From the NCBI GenBank assembly GCA_964650365.1, contig CAZYTR010000207.1:1-42294 (forward strand): a DNA stretch of 42,294 nucleotides. Direction: 5' to 3'. The notes beneath the pieces were generated by a model. The model was given only the letters and a program-made list of their open reading frames with translations. It was not told where the DNA came from and ran no database searches. The stretch's first letter is position 1. Every line of letters starts with the position of its first letter. A program made the translations under genes and the position numbers. This stretch comes from an uncultured Alcaligenaceae bacterium (lineage in GTDB: Bacteria; Pseudomonadota; Gammaproteobacteria; Burkholderiales; JACQAP01). Shown one piece after another: positions 9,267-20,113 of this stretch.

Positions 9267-12023
9267 TCAGTGCGCTTTCTCCCAATTAGGGCCGGCACCG
9301 ACATCCACAACCAGCGGCACATCGAGTCTTGCGACGTTTCCCATCAGCTTCGGCAGTTCCTTTTTTACCGATTCGAGTTCGCCCTCCGGCACTTCGAGCA
9401 CCAGTTCGTCGTGCACCTGCATGATCAGCCGGCTGCCGATCGCAGATGTCGCGATCCAGTCGTGCACGGCGATCATCGCCAGCTTGATTAGGTCGGCCGC
9501 GGTGCCCTGCATCGGCGCGTTGATCGCCGCGCGTTCGGCGCCCTGGCGGCGCGCGCCGTTCCCGCTTCTGATCTCGGGCAGGTAAAGCCGGCGGCCGAAC
9601 ACGGTCTCGACGTAACCGAGCTCGCGCGCCGTCTCGCGGGTGCGCTCCATGTATTCCTTCACGCCCGGGTAGCGCTGGAAGTAGCGCTCCATGTATTGCT
9701 GCGCGGCGCTGCGTTCGATGCCGAGCTGCGAGGCCAGCCCGAACGCGGACATGCCGTAGATCAGGCCGAAGTTGATTACCTTGGCGTAGCGGCGCTGCTC
9801 GCTGGTCACGGGCGCCGACTCGATACCGAATATTTCCGACGCGGTATGGCGATGCACGTCCTCGCCGGCGGCGAAGGCCTTGAGCAGGCTCTTGTCCTGC
9901 GACAGGTGAGCCATGATGCGCAGTTCGATCTGCGAATAATCTGCCGATACGAGTACGGATCCTTGCGGCGCGATGAAGGCTTCACGGATGCGGCGGCCCT
10001 CGGCGGTGCGCACCGGGATGTTCTGCAGGTTCGGATCGTTGCTCGCCAGCCGCCCGGTCACCGCCACCGCCTGCGCGTAATTGGTATGCACACGTCCCGT
10101 CGCCGGATTCACCATCTTCGGCAGCTTGTCGGTGTAGGTGGACTTCAGTTTGGCGAGTCCCCGGTACTCGAGGATCAGCTTCGGCAGCGGATGGTCGAGC
10201 GCGAGTTCCTGCAAGACGTCCTCGTCGGTGGAAGGCTGGCCTCCCGGCGTTTTCTTCTTGACCGGCAGGCCTTTGCGCTCGAACAGGATCTCCTGGAGCT
10301 GCTTGGGCGAATTGAGATTGAAGGGTTGCCCGGCCTCCCGGTGTACCTTGTTCTCCAGTTCGATCATCTTTTCGCCGAGTTCGCGGCTCTGCTGCTCCAG
10401 CAGCGCGGAGTCGAGCAGCACGCCCTGGCGCTCCATCGCAAACAGGACTTCCAGCACCGGCATTTCGATGCCGCGGTAGACGCGATCCAGTTTCTCGTCG
10501 CGCTCGATCTGTGGATACAGCGCCCGGTGCAGTTGCAACGTCACGTCCGCGTCTTCGCCCGAGTACTCGGTGGCGCGCTCCACGCCGACTTGTTCGAAGG
10601 GAATGCGGCTCGCGCCCTTGCCGGTCACTTCGTCGTAGCTGATGGTTGTGATGCCCAGGTGCCGGGCCGCGAGGCTATCCATGTCGTGCGCCTGGTGGCT
10701 TTCCAGTACGTAGGACTGCAACAGCGTGTCGTGCTCGATGCCAGACAGCAATACGCCGTGATTGGCGAACACGTGCTTGTCGTACTTCAGGTTCTGACCG
10801 ACCTTCCGATGCTTCGGACTCTGCATCCAATCCTTCAGCAGTGCGAGCACCGTATCCAGTGCAAGCTGCTCCGGCGCGCCGGCGTAGTTGTGCCCGACCG
10901 GTATATACGCGGCGTGATGGGGCTCGACCGAAAGCGAGATGCCGACCAGTCGTGCGGTCATGGGGTCGAGTCCGGTGGTTTCGGTGTCGATCGAGGCGAG
11001 TTCGGCGGTTTCGATGCGGGAGAGCCAAGTCTTGAGGTCGTGCTCCGTAAGTACGGTCTGGTAGTTGCGTTCAGGTGAGGCGTGAGGGGTGAGGGGTGGG
11101 GGGTGAGGGGTGAGGCGTGAGGGGTGAGGCGATGAAGCCGGAGACTCGGTTTCACCTTGCGCCTCGTGCCCCGTGCCTCGTGCCTGAAGCTCCTTCAACC
11201 AGGTCTTGAATTCGAGGCGATCGAAGAGAACCGTTAGTTTCGCCGTGTCCTGCGGCTGTGGGGTGAGATCCTCGAGCTTCACCGGCAGCTCGACGTCGCA
11301 CTTGATGGTGAGGAGTTTCCTTGCCTGTGGCAGCCAGTCCAGCGACTTGCGCAGGTTCTCGCCGACCACACCGGAGACTTCGTTGGCGTGGGCGACCACC
11401 TGGTCCAGCGTCCCGTACTGCTTCAACCATTTCACTGCCGTCTTTGGCCCGACCTTCTCCACGCCCGGCACGTTGTCCACGCTGTCGCCGACCAGTGTGA
11501 GATAGTCAACCATCTGTTCCGGCCTGACGCCGAACTTCTCTTCGACGCCCTTTTCGTCGAGGTTCTCGTTGGACATGGTGTTCACCAGCCTGACCGTCGG
11601 GTTGACCAGTTGAGTGATGTCCTTGTCGCCGGTGGATATGACGGTGTGCACGCCCCTGGCCTCGGCCTGCTTTGCCAGCGTGCCGATGACGTCGTCGGCT
11701 TCGACCCCCTCGACCATCAGCAGCGGCCAACCCAGCGCGCGCACACTCTGGTGCAGAGGTTCGATCTGGGCGACCAGCTCCTCCGGCATGGGCGGGCGGT
11801 TGGCCTTGTATTCGGTGTACCAGTCGTCGCGGAAGGTCTTTCCTTTTGCGTCGAATACGCAAGCGATATAATCCGCCGCAGTTTCCTTACGCAGCCGGCG
11901 CAGCATGTTGAGCACGCCGTACACGGCGCCGGTCGGTTCGTTGTTCCTGTTGCGCAGGTCGGGAAGCGCGTGGAATGCGCGGTAAAGGTAGGAAGAACCG
12001 TCGACCAGCAAGAGCGTTTTCAT
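9267..12023 (-). CDS. polA: DNA polymerase I (5'-3' nuclease, 3'-5' exonuclease and polymerase domains)
   Basis: The 918-aa product starts with LLLVDGSSYLYRAFHA (5' nuclease). It has DTETT (exo I), the polymerase motif A DYSQIELR, motif B RR.AK.INFG.IYG and motif C QVHDEL. Confidence 0.95.
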   Translation of the reverse strand: MKTLLLVDGSSYLYRAFHALPDLRNRNNEPTGAVYGVLNMLRRLRKETAADYIACVFDAKGKTFRDDWYTEYKANRPPMPEELVAQIEPLHQSVRALGWPLLMVEGVEADDVIGTLAKQAEARGVHTVISTGDKDITQLVNPTVRLVNTMSNENLDEKGVEEKFGVRPEQMVDYLTLVGDSVDNVPGVEKVGPKTAVKWLKQYGTLDQVVAHANEVSGVVGENLRKSLDWLPQARKLLTIKCDVELPVKLEDLTPQPQDTAKLTVLFDRLEFKTWLKELQARGTGHEAQGETESPASSPHPSRLTPHPPPLTPHASPERNYQTVLTEHDLKTWLSRIETAELASIDTETTGLDPMTARLVGISLSVEPHHAAYIPVGHNYAGAPEQLALDTVLALLKDWMQSPKHRKVGQNLKYDKHVFANHGVLLSGIEHDTLLQSYVLESHQAHDMDSLAARHLGITTISYDEVTGKGASRIPFEQVGVERATEYSGEDADVTLQLHRALYPQIERDEKLDRVYRGIEMPVLEVLFAMERQGVLLDSALLEQQSRELGEKMIELENKVHREAGQPFNLNSPKQLQEILFERKGLPVKKKTPGGQPSTDEDVLQELALDHPLPKLILEYRGLAKLKSTYTDKLPKMVNPATGRVHTNYAQAVAVTGRLASNDPNLQNIPVRTAEGRRIREAFIAPQGSVLVSADYSQIELRIMAHLSQDKSLLKAFAAGEDVHRHTASEIFGIESAPVTSEQRRYAKVINFGLIYGMSAFGLASQLGIERSAAQQYMERYFQRYPGVKEYMERTRETARELGYVETVFGRRLYLPEIRSGNGARRQGAERAAINAPMQGTAADLIKLAMIAVHDWIATSAIGSRLIMQVHDELVLEVPEGELESVKKELPKLMGNVARLDVPLVVDVGAGPNWEKAH
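11075..11188. repeat. Tandem-unit arrays of the hairpin-element type inside the polA coding sequence (interdomain linker)
   Basis: Eight contiguous heptamers GTGAGGS/GTGGGGG occupy 11075-11130. After 30 nt come GCCTCGT, GCCCCGT, GCCTCGT and GCCTGAA at 11161-11188. These are the same unit types as the arms of E3 and E4. Confidence 0.85.
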
Positions 12024-12048
12024 CGATGATCAGCGCGGAAAATCCAGC

Positions 12049-12777
12049 ATGAGTGAAAAGCAGAAGATTCCGGTATCGTTCGCCCCCGAGTTCGTCGAGA
12101 AAGCGTGGTCGGCGCGCGAATCCTGGCGGGTGTTCGGGATTATGGCAGAATTCGTCGAGGCCACCGAACGCCTCGCCAACGTCCGGCCCGCAGTCAGCAT
12201 ATTCGGCAGCGCGCGGGTCCCACCCGACCATCCCTACTACCGTCTGACCGAGGAAATCGCGCGCCAGCTTTCGGACGCCGGCTTCAGCGTCATTTCCGGC
12301 GGCGGCCCGGGCGTGATGGAAGCGGCCAACAAGGGCGCCTTCTTCGGCCGCTCGCTCTCGGTTGGGCTCAACATCCAGTTGCCGCACGAGCAGATCTCCA
12401 ACCAGTACCAGGACGTTAGCCAGACCTTCCGCCACTTTTTTGCGCGTAAGGTCATGTTCGTGAAATTCGCCTCTGCGTACGTGGTGGTGCCGGGCGGATT
12501 CGGCACCATGGACGAACTGATGGAGGCGATGACGCTGGTGCAAACGCAGAAGATCCGCCGCATTCCGATCATCCTGGTGCAGGAATCCTACTGGCGCGGC
12601 CTGATCGACTGGATGAAAGATCGCATGATAGGCGAAGGCATGATCGATGCAGCCGACATGGACTTGATCAAGGTCATCGACGAACCCAGACAAGTTGTCG
12701 AGGCGATCTTCAACCATTACGAGAAGCGCGGCTTCGAACCGTCCGCGGCCGAGCGCGAAGCGCAACTGAATCTGTAG
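12049..12777 (+). CDS. LOG family protein (TIGR00730-type Rossmann fold; nucleotide 5'-monophosphate nucleosidase / lysine-decarboxylase-like)
   Basis: The 242-aa product has the motifs [23 protein letters not shown] and [15 protein letters not shown]. Confidence 0.8.
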   Translation: MSEKQKIPVSFAPEFVEKAWSARESWRVFGIMAEFVEATERLANVRPAVSIFGSARVPPDHPYYRLTEEIARQLSDAGFSVISGGGPGVMEAANKGAFFGRSLSVGLNIQLPHEQISNQYQDVSQTFRHFFARKVMFVKFASAYVVVPGGFGTMDELMEAMTLVQTQKIRRIPIILVQESYWRGLIDWMKDRMIGEGMIDAADMDLIKVIDEPRQVVEAIFNHYEKRGFEPSAAEREAQLNL

Positions 12778-12784
12778 CCCGTTC

Positions 12785-13750
12785 ATGTCCGTCTTCACCA
12801 CCGTTACGCCGGAACAGCTTTCGGCCTGGCTGCGCAATTACTCGATCGGCGTGCTCACCGATTTGCAGGGCATTCTGTCCGGGATCGAGAACACCAACTA
12901 TTTCGTCACTACCACGCACGGCAAGTTCGTGCTGACCCTGTTCGAGAAGCTCACCCGCCAGGAGCTGCCGTTTTATCTGAACCTGATGGCGCATCTTTCC
13001 AGCCACGGCGTGCCCTGTCCGAAGCCGATTGCCAACCTGCAGAATGAATTGCTGGGTGAACTCAATGGCAAGCCGGCGGCGATCGTCACCTGTCTCGAAG
13101 GCCATCCGGTTGCCGACGCGACGGCCGAGCATTGCGCGCGCGTCGGCGGCGTGCTGGCGGACATGCATCTCGCCGGCCGGACATTCAAGGGACATCTCGA
13201 CAACCTGCGAGGGGAGAAGTGGTGGACCGCCTGCGCGCCGGAGATCTATCCCTTCCTCACTGCCGAGGACGCGGAGCTGCTGGAGTCGGAAATACGCTTT
13301 CAGGCGCAGCAAGCGCGCGAAGGCCTGCCGCGCGGCGTGGTTCATGCCGACCTATTCCGCGACAACGTGTTGATCCAGCACGATCGAAATCGTGGCGACC
13401 ACATCGGCGGGCTCATCGATTTCTACTTTGCCTGCGTCGATTGTTTTGTCTACGACGTAGGGATTACGGTGAACGACTGGTGTACCAACGCGGACGCGAC
13501 GCTCGACCCGGTGCGCACGCAGGCGCTGCTGGAGGCGTACACCTCGGTGCGGCCGTTTACCGACCAGGAGCGCGACGCCTGGCCATGGATGCTGCGCGCC
13601 GGAGCGCTTCGATTCTGGGTTTCGCGGCTTTACGATTTCCATCTGCCGCGCCCCGGCGAACTCACCCACGCGCACGATCCGGAGCGTTTCCGCCGCATTC
13701 TGCTCGGTCACCGCAAGGCCGCGGACCGGCCGCAGCGGCTGACTGTATAA
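12785..13750 (+). CDS. thrB: Homoserine kinase, ThrB type II (aminoglycoside-phosphotransferase fold, Pseudomonas type)
   Basis: The 321-aa product has an N-terminus MSVFT.V....[19 protein letters not shown] and the catalytic region [10 protein letters not shown]. Adjacency to polA resembles Pseudomonas genomes. Confidence 0.85.
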   Translation: MSVFTTVTPEQLSAWLRNYSIGVLTDLQGILSGIENTNYFVTTTHGKFVLTLFEKLTRQELPFYLNLMAHLSSHGVPCPKPIANLQNELLGELNGKPAAIVTCLEGHPVADATAEHCARVGGVLADMHLAGRTFKGHLDNLRGEKWWTACAPEIYPFLTAEDAELLESEIRFQAQQAREGLPRGVVHADLFRDNVLIQHDRNRGDHIGGLIDFYFACVDCFVYDVGITVNDWCTNADATLDPVRTQALLEAYTSVRPFTDQERDAWPWMLRAGALRFWVSRLYDFHLPRPGELTHAHDPERFRRILLGHRKAADRPQRLTV

Positions 13751-13767
13751 ATCCGAAGGCAATCCTC

Positions 13768-14484
13768 ATGAAGATCCGGAGTGTCGCGCCCGGCCGCGGC
13801 TGGCAGTGGATCATCGCGGCCTTTCAATTGTTCCGCAAGAACCCGCTGATCTGGTTGGTGCTCAACATGGCGCTGATGCTGCTCGGTTTGGCTCTGAGCC
13901 TGTTGCCGGTGATCGGCGCCTACGTGCTGTACCTGCTCACCCCGGTGTTCCTCGGCGGCATCATGGCGGCCGCCAAGGACCTTGAGGCCGGGCAAGACAT
14001 CGAGATTGCGCATCTGTTCCGCGGTTTTCGCCACAACGCCGCGCATCTGGTTACGGTCGGCGGGGTGTATCTGGTGGGACAGGTGGTGATCTCCGGCGTG
14101 ATGCTGACGCTCGGCGGTTCGGAGTTCCAGGAAGCGGTGACGGCAGGGATCGGCGCGCTCGATGCTTCGGCGCTCACGCCCGAGGGCGCAAGGCAACTGT
14201 TGCAGGCGATGCTGGTGGGAACGCTCTTGTTCGTGCCGCTGGCGATGGCGGTGTGGTTTGCACCTGCGCTGGTGATCCTCGACGACCAGCCCGGCTTCCA
14301 GGCGTTGTGGATCAGTCTGCAGGCTTGCTTGCGCAACGCCCTGCCCCTGCTGCTCTACAGCATCGTGAGTTCCGTACTGCTCGTGTTCGCGGTGATCCCC
14401 TTCGGCCTCGGGCTGATCGTGTGGATCCCGGTGATGTTGCTGACGATCTACACCGGCTATCGCGACGTGTTCGTCTCCGCCTAG
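13768..14484 (+). CDS. Integral membrane protein (about 5 TM helices; BPSS1780/DUF-type, family not firmly recognised)
   Basis: The track ORF starts at 13132 but overlaps thrB in another frame. The in-frame ATG at 13768 follows the thrB stop. It gives MKIRSVAPGRGWQWIIAAFQLFRKNP and then hydrophobic helices. Confidence 0.55.
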   Translation: MKIRSVAPGRGWQWIIAAFQLFRKNPLIWLVLNMALMLLGLALSLLPVIGAYVLYLLTPVFLGGIMAAAKDLEAGQDIEIAHLFRGFRHNAAHLVTVGGVYLVGQVVISGVMLTLGGSEFQEAVTAGIGALDASALTPEGARQLLQAMLVGTLLFVPLAMAVWFAPALVILDDQPGFQALWISLQACLRNALPLLLYSIVSSVLLVFAVIPFGLGLIVWIPVMLLTIYTGYRDVFVSA

Positions 14485-14508
14485 GCGGTGATCTGAACGG
14501 GTTTTAGC

Positions 14509-16695
14509 TTACGCGGGAACAAGTTTGGCGTAGTCGAGCGCGAGCCACTTGAGTCCCGCGTCGCGGAAGTTGACCTGGACCCGCGCGTCCGAGCCGCGGC
14601 CTTCGGCGTTGACGATCACCCCGGCGCCGAACTTCGGATGCACCACGTTCTGACCGATGCGCCAGCCTGATGGGCCGGTCTCGACCTTCGGCGCCGTGGT
14701 GTCGAAACCGGCTTCATATCCCCTGGAGGCGACGAAGCCCGAGAACTTCGTGGTGTTGATCCGTTTAAGCAACTCGTCGGGAATCTCATCTAAAAAGCGC
14801 GAGGGCACGTTGTAGCGGGTCTGGCCGTGCAGCATGCGCGTCTGCGCGTGAGTGAGGTAAAGCCTGCAGCGTGCGCGGGTGAGCGCGACGTACATCAGGC
14901 GCCGTTCCTCTTCCAGGCCGTCCTGCTCCGACAAGCTGTTTTCGTGCGGGAACAAACCTTCCTCCAGGCCGCTGATGAACACCGTGTGAAACTCCAAACC
15001 CTTGGCCGAGTGCACGGTCATCAGTTGCAATGCGTCCGCACCCTCACCCGCCTGGTGCTCGCCGGCTTCGAGCGCAGCGTGCGCCAGGAACGCGTTCAGA
15101 GGGTTCAGACCTTCCGACCTGATCTCGCCCTCCGGGCTTATCAACGTGATCGGGCCGCCCTCACCGACGAACGCCGTCGCCGCGTTGGTCAGTTCATTGA
15201 GGTTCTCGATCCGGTCCGCGCCCTCCTTCTCGGTCTGGTAGTGCGCGATCAGACCGCTGCTTGCAACCACGTGCTCGACGATCTCGGGCAGCGGCAGGTT
15301 CTCGCACGCTTTGCGCATCGTCTCGATCAACTGGATGAACGCGGCGATGCTGGTGCCGGCCTTGCCGCCCAGCGTATTGGTGCAGGCGGCCTGCCACAGC
15401 GAGATACCGCGCCCTGCGGCGGCATCCTGCAGTTGCTCGAGACTGCGGTTGCCGATTCCGCGCGTCGGGAAGTTGACCACCCTCAGGAAAGCGCCGTCAT
15501 CGTCCGGATTCGCAGAAAGGCGCAGGTAGGCGAGTGCGTGCTTGATCTCCTGGCGCTCGAAAAAGCGCAGTCCCCCGTACACGCGATAGGAGATCCCGGC
15601 ATTGAACAGCGCATGCTCGAGCACGCGCGACTGCGCGTTCGAGCGGTACAGCAGCGCCATGTCGGACAGCGCCACGCCCCCGTTGTGAAGTTGGCGCACC
15701 TCGTCGAGGATGTAGGCAGCTTCCTCGACGTCGGTCATCGCCTGGTAAATGCGAAGCGGCTCGCCGCTTCCTTCCGAGGTCCACAGGTTCTTGCCCAGCC
15801 GGGAGCGGTTGTGGCGGATCAGCGCGTTGGCTGCATCGAGGATGTTGCCGTGGCTGCGGTAGTTCTGCTCGAGCTTGATGACTTTCTCGATACCGAAGTC
15901 CTTCTCCAGATCGAGCATGTTGCCGGCGTGCGCCCCGCGAAACCTGTATATGGACTGGTCGTCGTCTCCCACCCCAAAGATAGTGTTGTTCGGACCCGCC
16001 AGCAATTTCAGCCACTGGTACTGCAGCCGGTTGGTGTCCTGGAATTCGTCCACCAGGATATGCTTGAAGCGGCCGCGGTAATGATCCCGCAGCAGCTCGT
16101 TGCGGCCCAGCAGTTCGTAACAGCGCAGCAGCAGTTCGGCGAAATCCACCACACCTTCGCGATTGCACTGCGCCTCGTAGGCTTCGTAGACCGTCAGCAG
16201 CCGGCGCGAGAAATCGTCGGGCGCTTCCGTTTGCGCTGCCCGCGAACCCCGCTCTTTGGCTGCGTTGATGAAATTCTGCGCCTGCCGCGGGGGGTACTTT
16301 TCGTCGTCCACGTTCATTGCCTTCATCACCCGCTTGATTACCGCCAGCTGATCGCCGGAGTCAAGGATCTGAAAGGTCTGCGGCAATGCGGCGTCGCGGT
16401 GGTGCGCGCGCAGGATGCGGTTGCACAGTCCATGGAAAGTGCCGACCCACATGCCGCGGGTCTTGATCGGCAACATCGCCGAAATGCGGGTGAGCATTTC
16501 GCGCGCGGCCTTATTGGTGAAGGTCACCGCCAGGATACTCAGCGGCCCGATCTGGCCGGTCTGAATCAGCCAGGCGATGCGAGTGGTGAGTACGCGAGTC
16601 TTTCCCGAGCCGGCACCGGCAAGGATCAGCGCGGACTGGTGCGGGAGCGTGACGGCTTCGAGCTGCTGGGGATTCAGGCCTTCGAGAATCGACAT
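14509..16695 (-). CDS. uvrD: DNA helicase II (UvrD; superfamily 1A helicase)
   Basis: The 728-aa product has LNPQQLEAV, Walker A AGAGSGKTRVLT, motif II ILVDEFQDTN, motif VI VALTRA and the C-terminal V.H..FG.G.I Tudor-like tail. Confidence 0.9.
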   Translation of the reverse strand: MSILEGLNPQQLEAVTLPHQSALILAGAGSGKTRVLTTRIAWLIQTGQIGPLSILAVTFTNKAAREMLTRISAMLPIKTRGMWVGTFHGLCNRILRAHHRDAALPQTFQILDSGDQLAVIKRVMKAMNVDDEKYPPRQAQNFINAAKERGSRAAQTEAPDDFSRRLLTVYEAYEAQCNREGVVDFAELLLRCYELLGRNELLRDHYRGRFKHILVDEFQDTNRLQYQWLKLLAGPNNTIFGVGDDDQSIYRFRGAHAGNMLDLEKDFGIEKVIKLEQNYRSHGNILDAANALIRHNRSRLGKNLWTSEGSGEPLRIYQAMTDVEEAAYILDEVRQLHNGGVALSDMALLYRSNAQSRVLEHALFNAGISYRVYGGLRFFERQEIKHALAYLRLSANPDDDGAFLRVVNFPTRGIGNRSLEQLQDAAAGRGISLWQAACTNTLGGKAGTSIAAFIQLIETMRKACENLPLPEIVEHVVASSGLIAHYQTEKEGADRIENLNELTNAATAFVGEGGPITLISPEGEIRSEGLNPLNAFLAHAALEAGEHQAGEGADALQLMTVHSAKGLEFHTVFISGLEEGLFPHENSLSEQDGLEEERRLMYVALTRARCRLYLTHAQTRMLHGQTRYNVPSRFLDEIPDELLKRINTTKFSGFVASRGYEAGFDTTAPKVETGPSGWRIGQNVVHPKFGAGVIVNAEGRGSDARVQVNFRDAGLKWLALDYAKLVPA

Positions 16696-16730
16696 TCGGA
16701 AAACGCGGACAGGTGCGGTTTCGGTGCCGA

Positions 16731-16736
16731 ATTATA
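16731..16736 (-). promoter_or_regulatory. Candidate sigma70 -10 hexamer (TATAAT on the minus strand) for uvrD
   Basis: The minus strand reads CCCTTATAATTCGGC, 35 nt upstream of the uvrD ATG. I found no convincing -35 element and no LexA box (CTGT-N8-ACAG). Confidence 0.35.
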
Positions 16737-16791
16737 AGGGAAACGCCCGTCAAAACATTCGGCCACGGCGTACGAATGCGGACCTGAACGC

Positions 16792-16797
16792 TATAAT
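16792..16797 (+). promoter_or_regulatory. Candidate sigma70 -10 hexamer (TATAAT) for leuS
   Basis: CGCTATAATCCGC lies 32 nt upstream of the leuS ATG. The same TATAATCCGC string occurs upstream of metX. The -35 element is weak. Confidence 0.4.
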
Positions 16798-16817
16798 CCG
16801 CTCTTTTGAGGCTTTAG

Positions 16818-19424
<2,607 letters not shown>

Positions 19425-19426
19425 GG

Positions 19427-19587
19427 GGCAGGATCGAGGATCGGGGATTGAGGATTCAAACTAAAGTCCTCGTGAAAACGGAAAATCTGAATGAAGGCTA
19501 CCAATTTGAGCGATCTTGCCGGTGTTCATTCATTGCGCGATCCTTTATGGGGATTTCACTCAATCCTCTATCCTCAGTCCTCAATCC
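19427..19587. repeat. Composite hairpin element E2 (units GGATYGA / TCRATCC)
   Basis: The left arm, 19427-19457, reads GGCAGGA TCGAGGA TCGGGGA TTGAGGA TTC. The right arm, 19560-19587, reads TCAATCC TCTATCC TCAGTCC TCAATCC. The arms are imperfectly complementary and the centre is about 100 nt. Confidence 0.85.
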
Positions 19588-19598
19588 CAATCATCGCG

Positions 19599-20069
19599 AT
19601 GCTTGTCATCGCGATGACGCTTTCAGCTTGCGGCTTCCAGTTGCGCGGGCAGGCCGCCCTACCGTTCGAGACCATCCATGTCGAGGCGCCTGGGTTCTCT
19701 CCTTTTGCCAAGGATCTCGAACGTGCCATCCGCTCCGGCAGCAAGACCCGCATCGTCGCAAGCCGCGACCAGGCCGAGGCAGTGGTCCAGATCGTCGGTG
19801 AGTCGCAGGAAAAGCTCATCCTGTCGTTGTCCAGCGGCGGCAAGGTGCGCGAATTCGACTTGCGTTATCGGGTCGCCTACCGGCTGACCGATCGCACCGG
19901 CACCGATCTCGCGTCGCCCGGAGAGATCGTTCTGCGCCGCGACATGACTTACGACGATACCGAAGTGCTCGCCAAGGAATCGGAGGAGTTGCTCCTGTTT
20001 CGCGACATGAAGACAGACGCGATCCGGCAGATGCTGCGGCGCCTGTCGGTGGCGAAACCCGCGTCGTAA
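19599..20069 (+). CDS. lptE: LPS-assembly lipoprotein LptE
   Basis: The track ORF starts at 19491, inside the repeat element. The in-frame ATG at 19599 gives [11 protein letters not shown] with an LSAC lipobox, followed by GFQLRG, which is typical of LptE. Its position after leuS matches E. coli. Confidence 0.8.
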   Translation: MLVIAMTLSACGFQLRGQAALPFETIHVEAPGFSPFAKDLERAIRSGSKTRIVASRDQAEAVVQIVGESQEKLILSLSSGGKVREFDLRYRVAYRLTDRTGTDLASPGEIVLRRDMTYDDTEVLAKESEELLLFRDMKTDAIRQMLRRLSVAKPAS

Positions 20070-20080
20070 CGGCCGGCGGA

Positions 20081-20086
20081 TATAAT
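20081..20086 (+). promoter_or_regulatory. Candidate sigma70 -10 hexamer (TATAAT) for metXW
   Basis: GGATATAATCCGC lies 27 nt upstream of the metX ATG. It shares TATAATCCGC with the leuS upstream region. Confidence 0.4.
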
Positions 20087-20113
20087 CCGCACAACCCAGG
20101 CCCCAGAGTTCCC

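Noticed and set aside
14827-16737. A 636-aa ORF on the plus strand, opposite uvrD.
   Set aside because: It is fully antisense to a helicase gene with complete motifs. The translation is Arg/Ala/Gly/Leu-rich with no recognisable motif, as expected for a shadow ORF in high-GC DNA.
20070-20113. A SAM-type riboswitch upstream of metX.
   Set aside because: The spacer is only 44 nt and mostly taken up by a promoter-like TATAAT. That is too short for the SAM riboswitch classes I know, and no pseudoknot-forming complementarity is visible.
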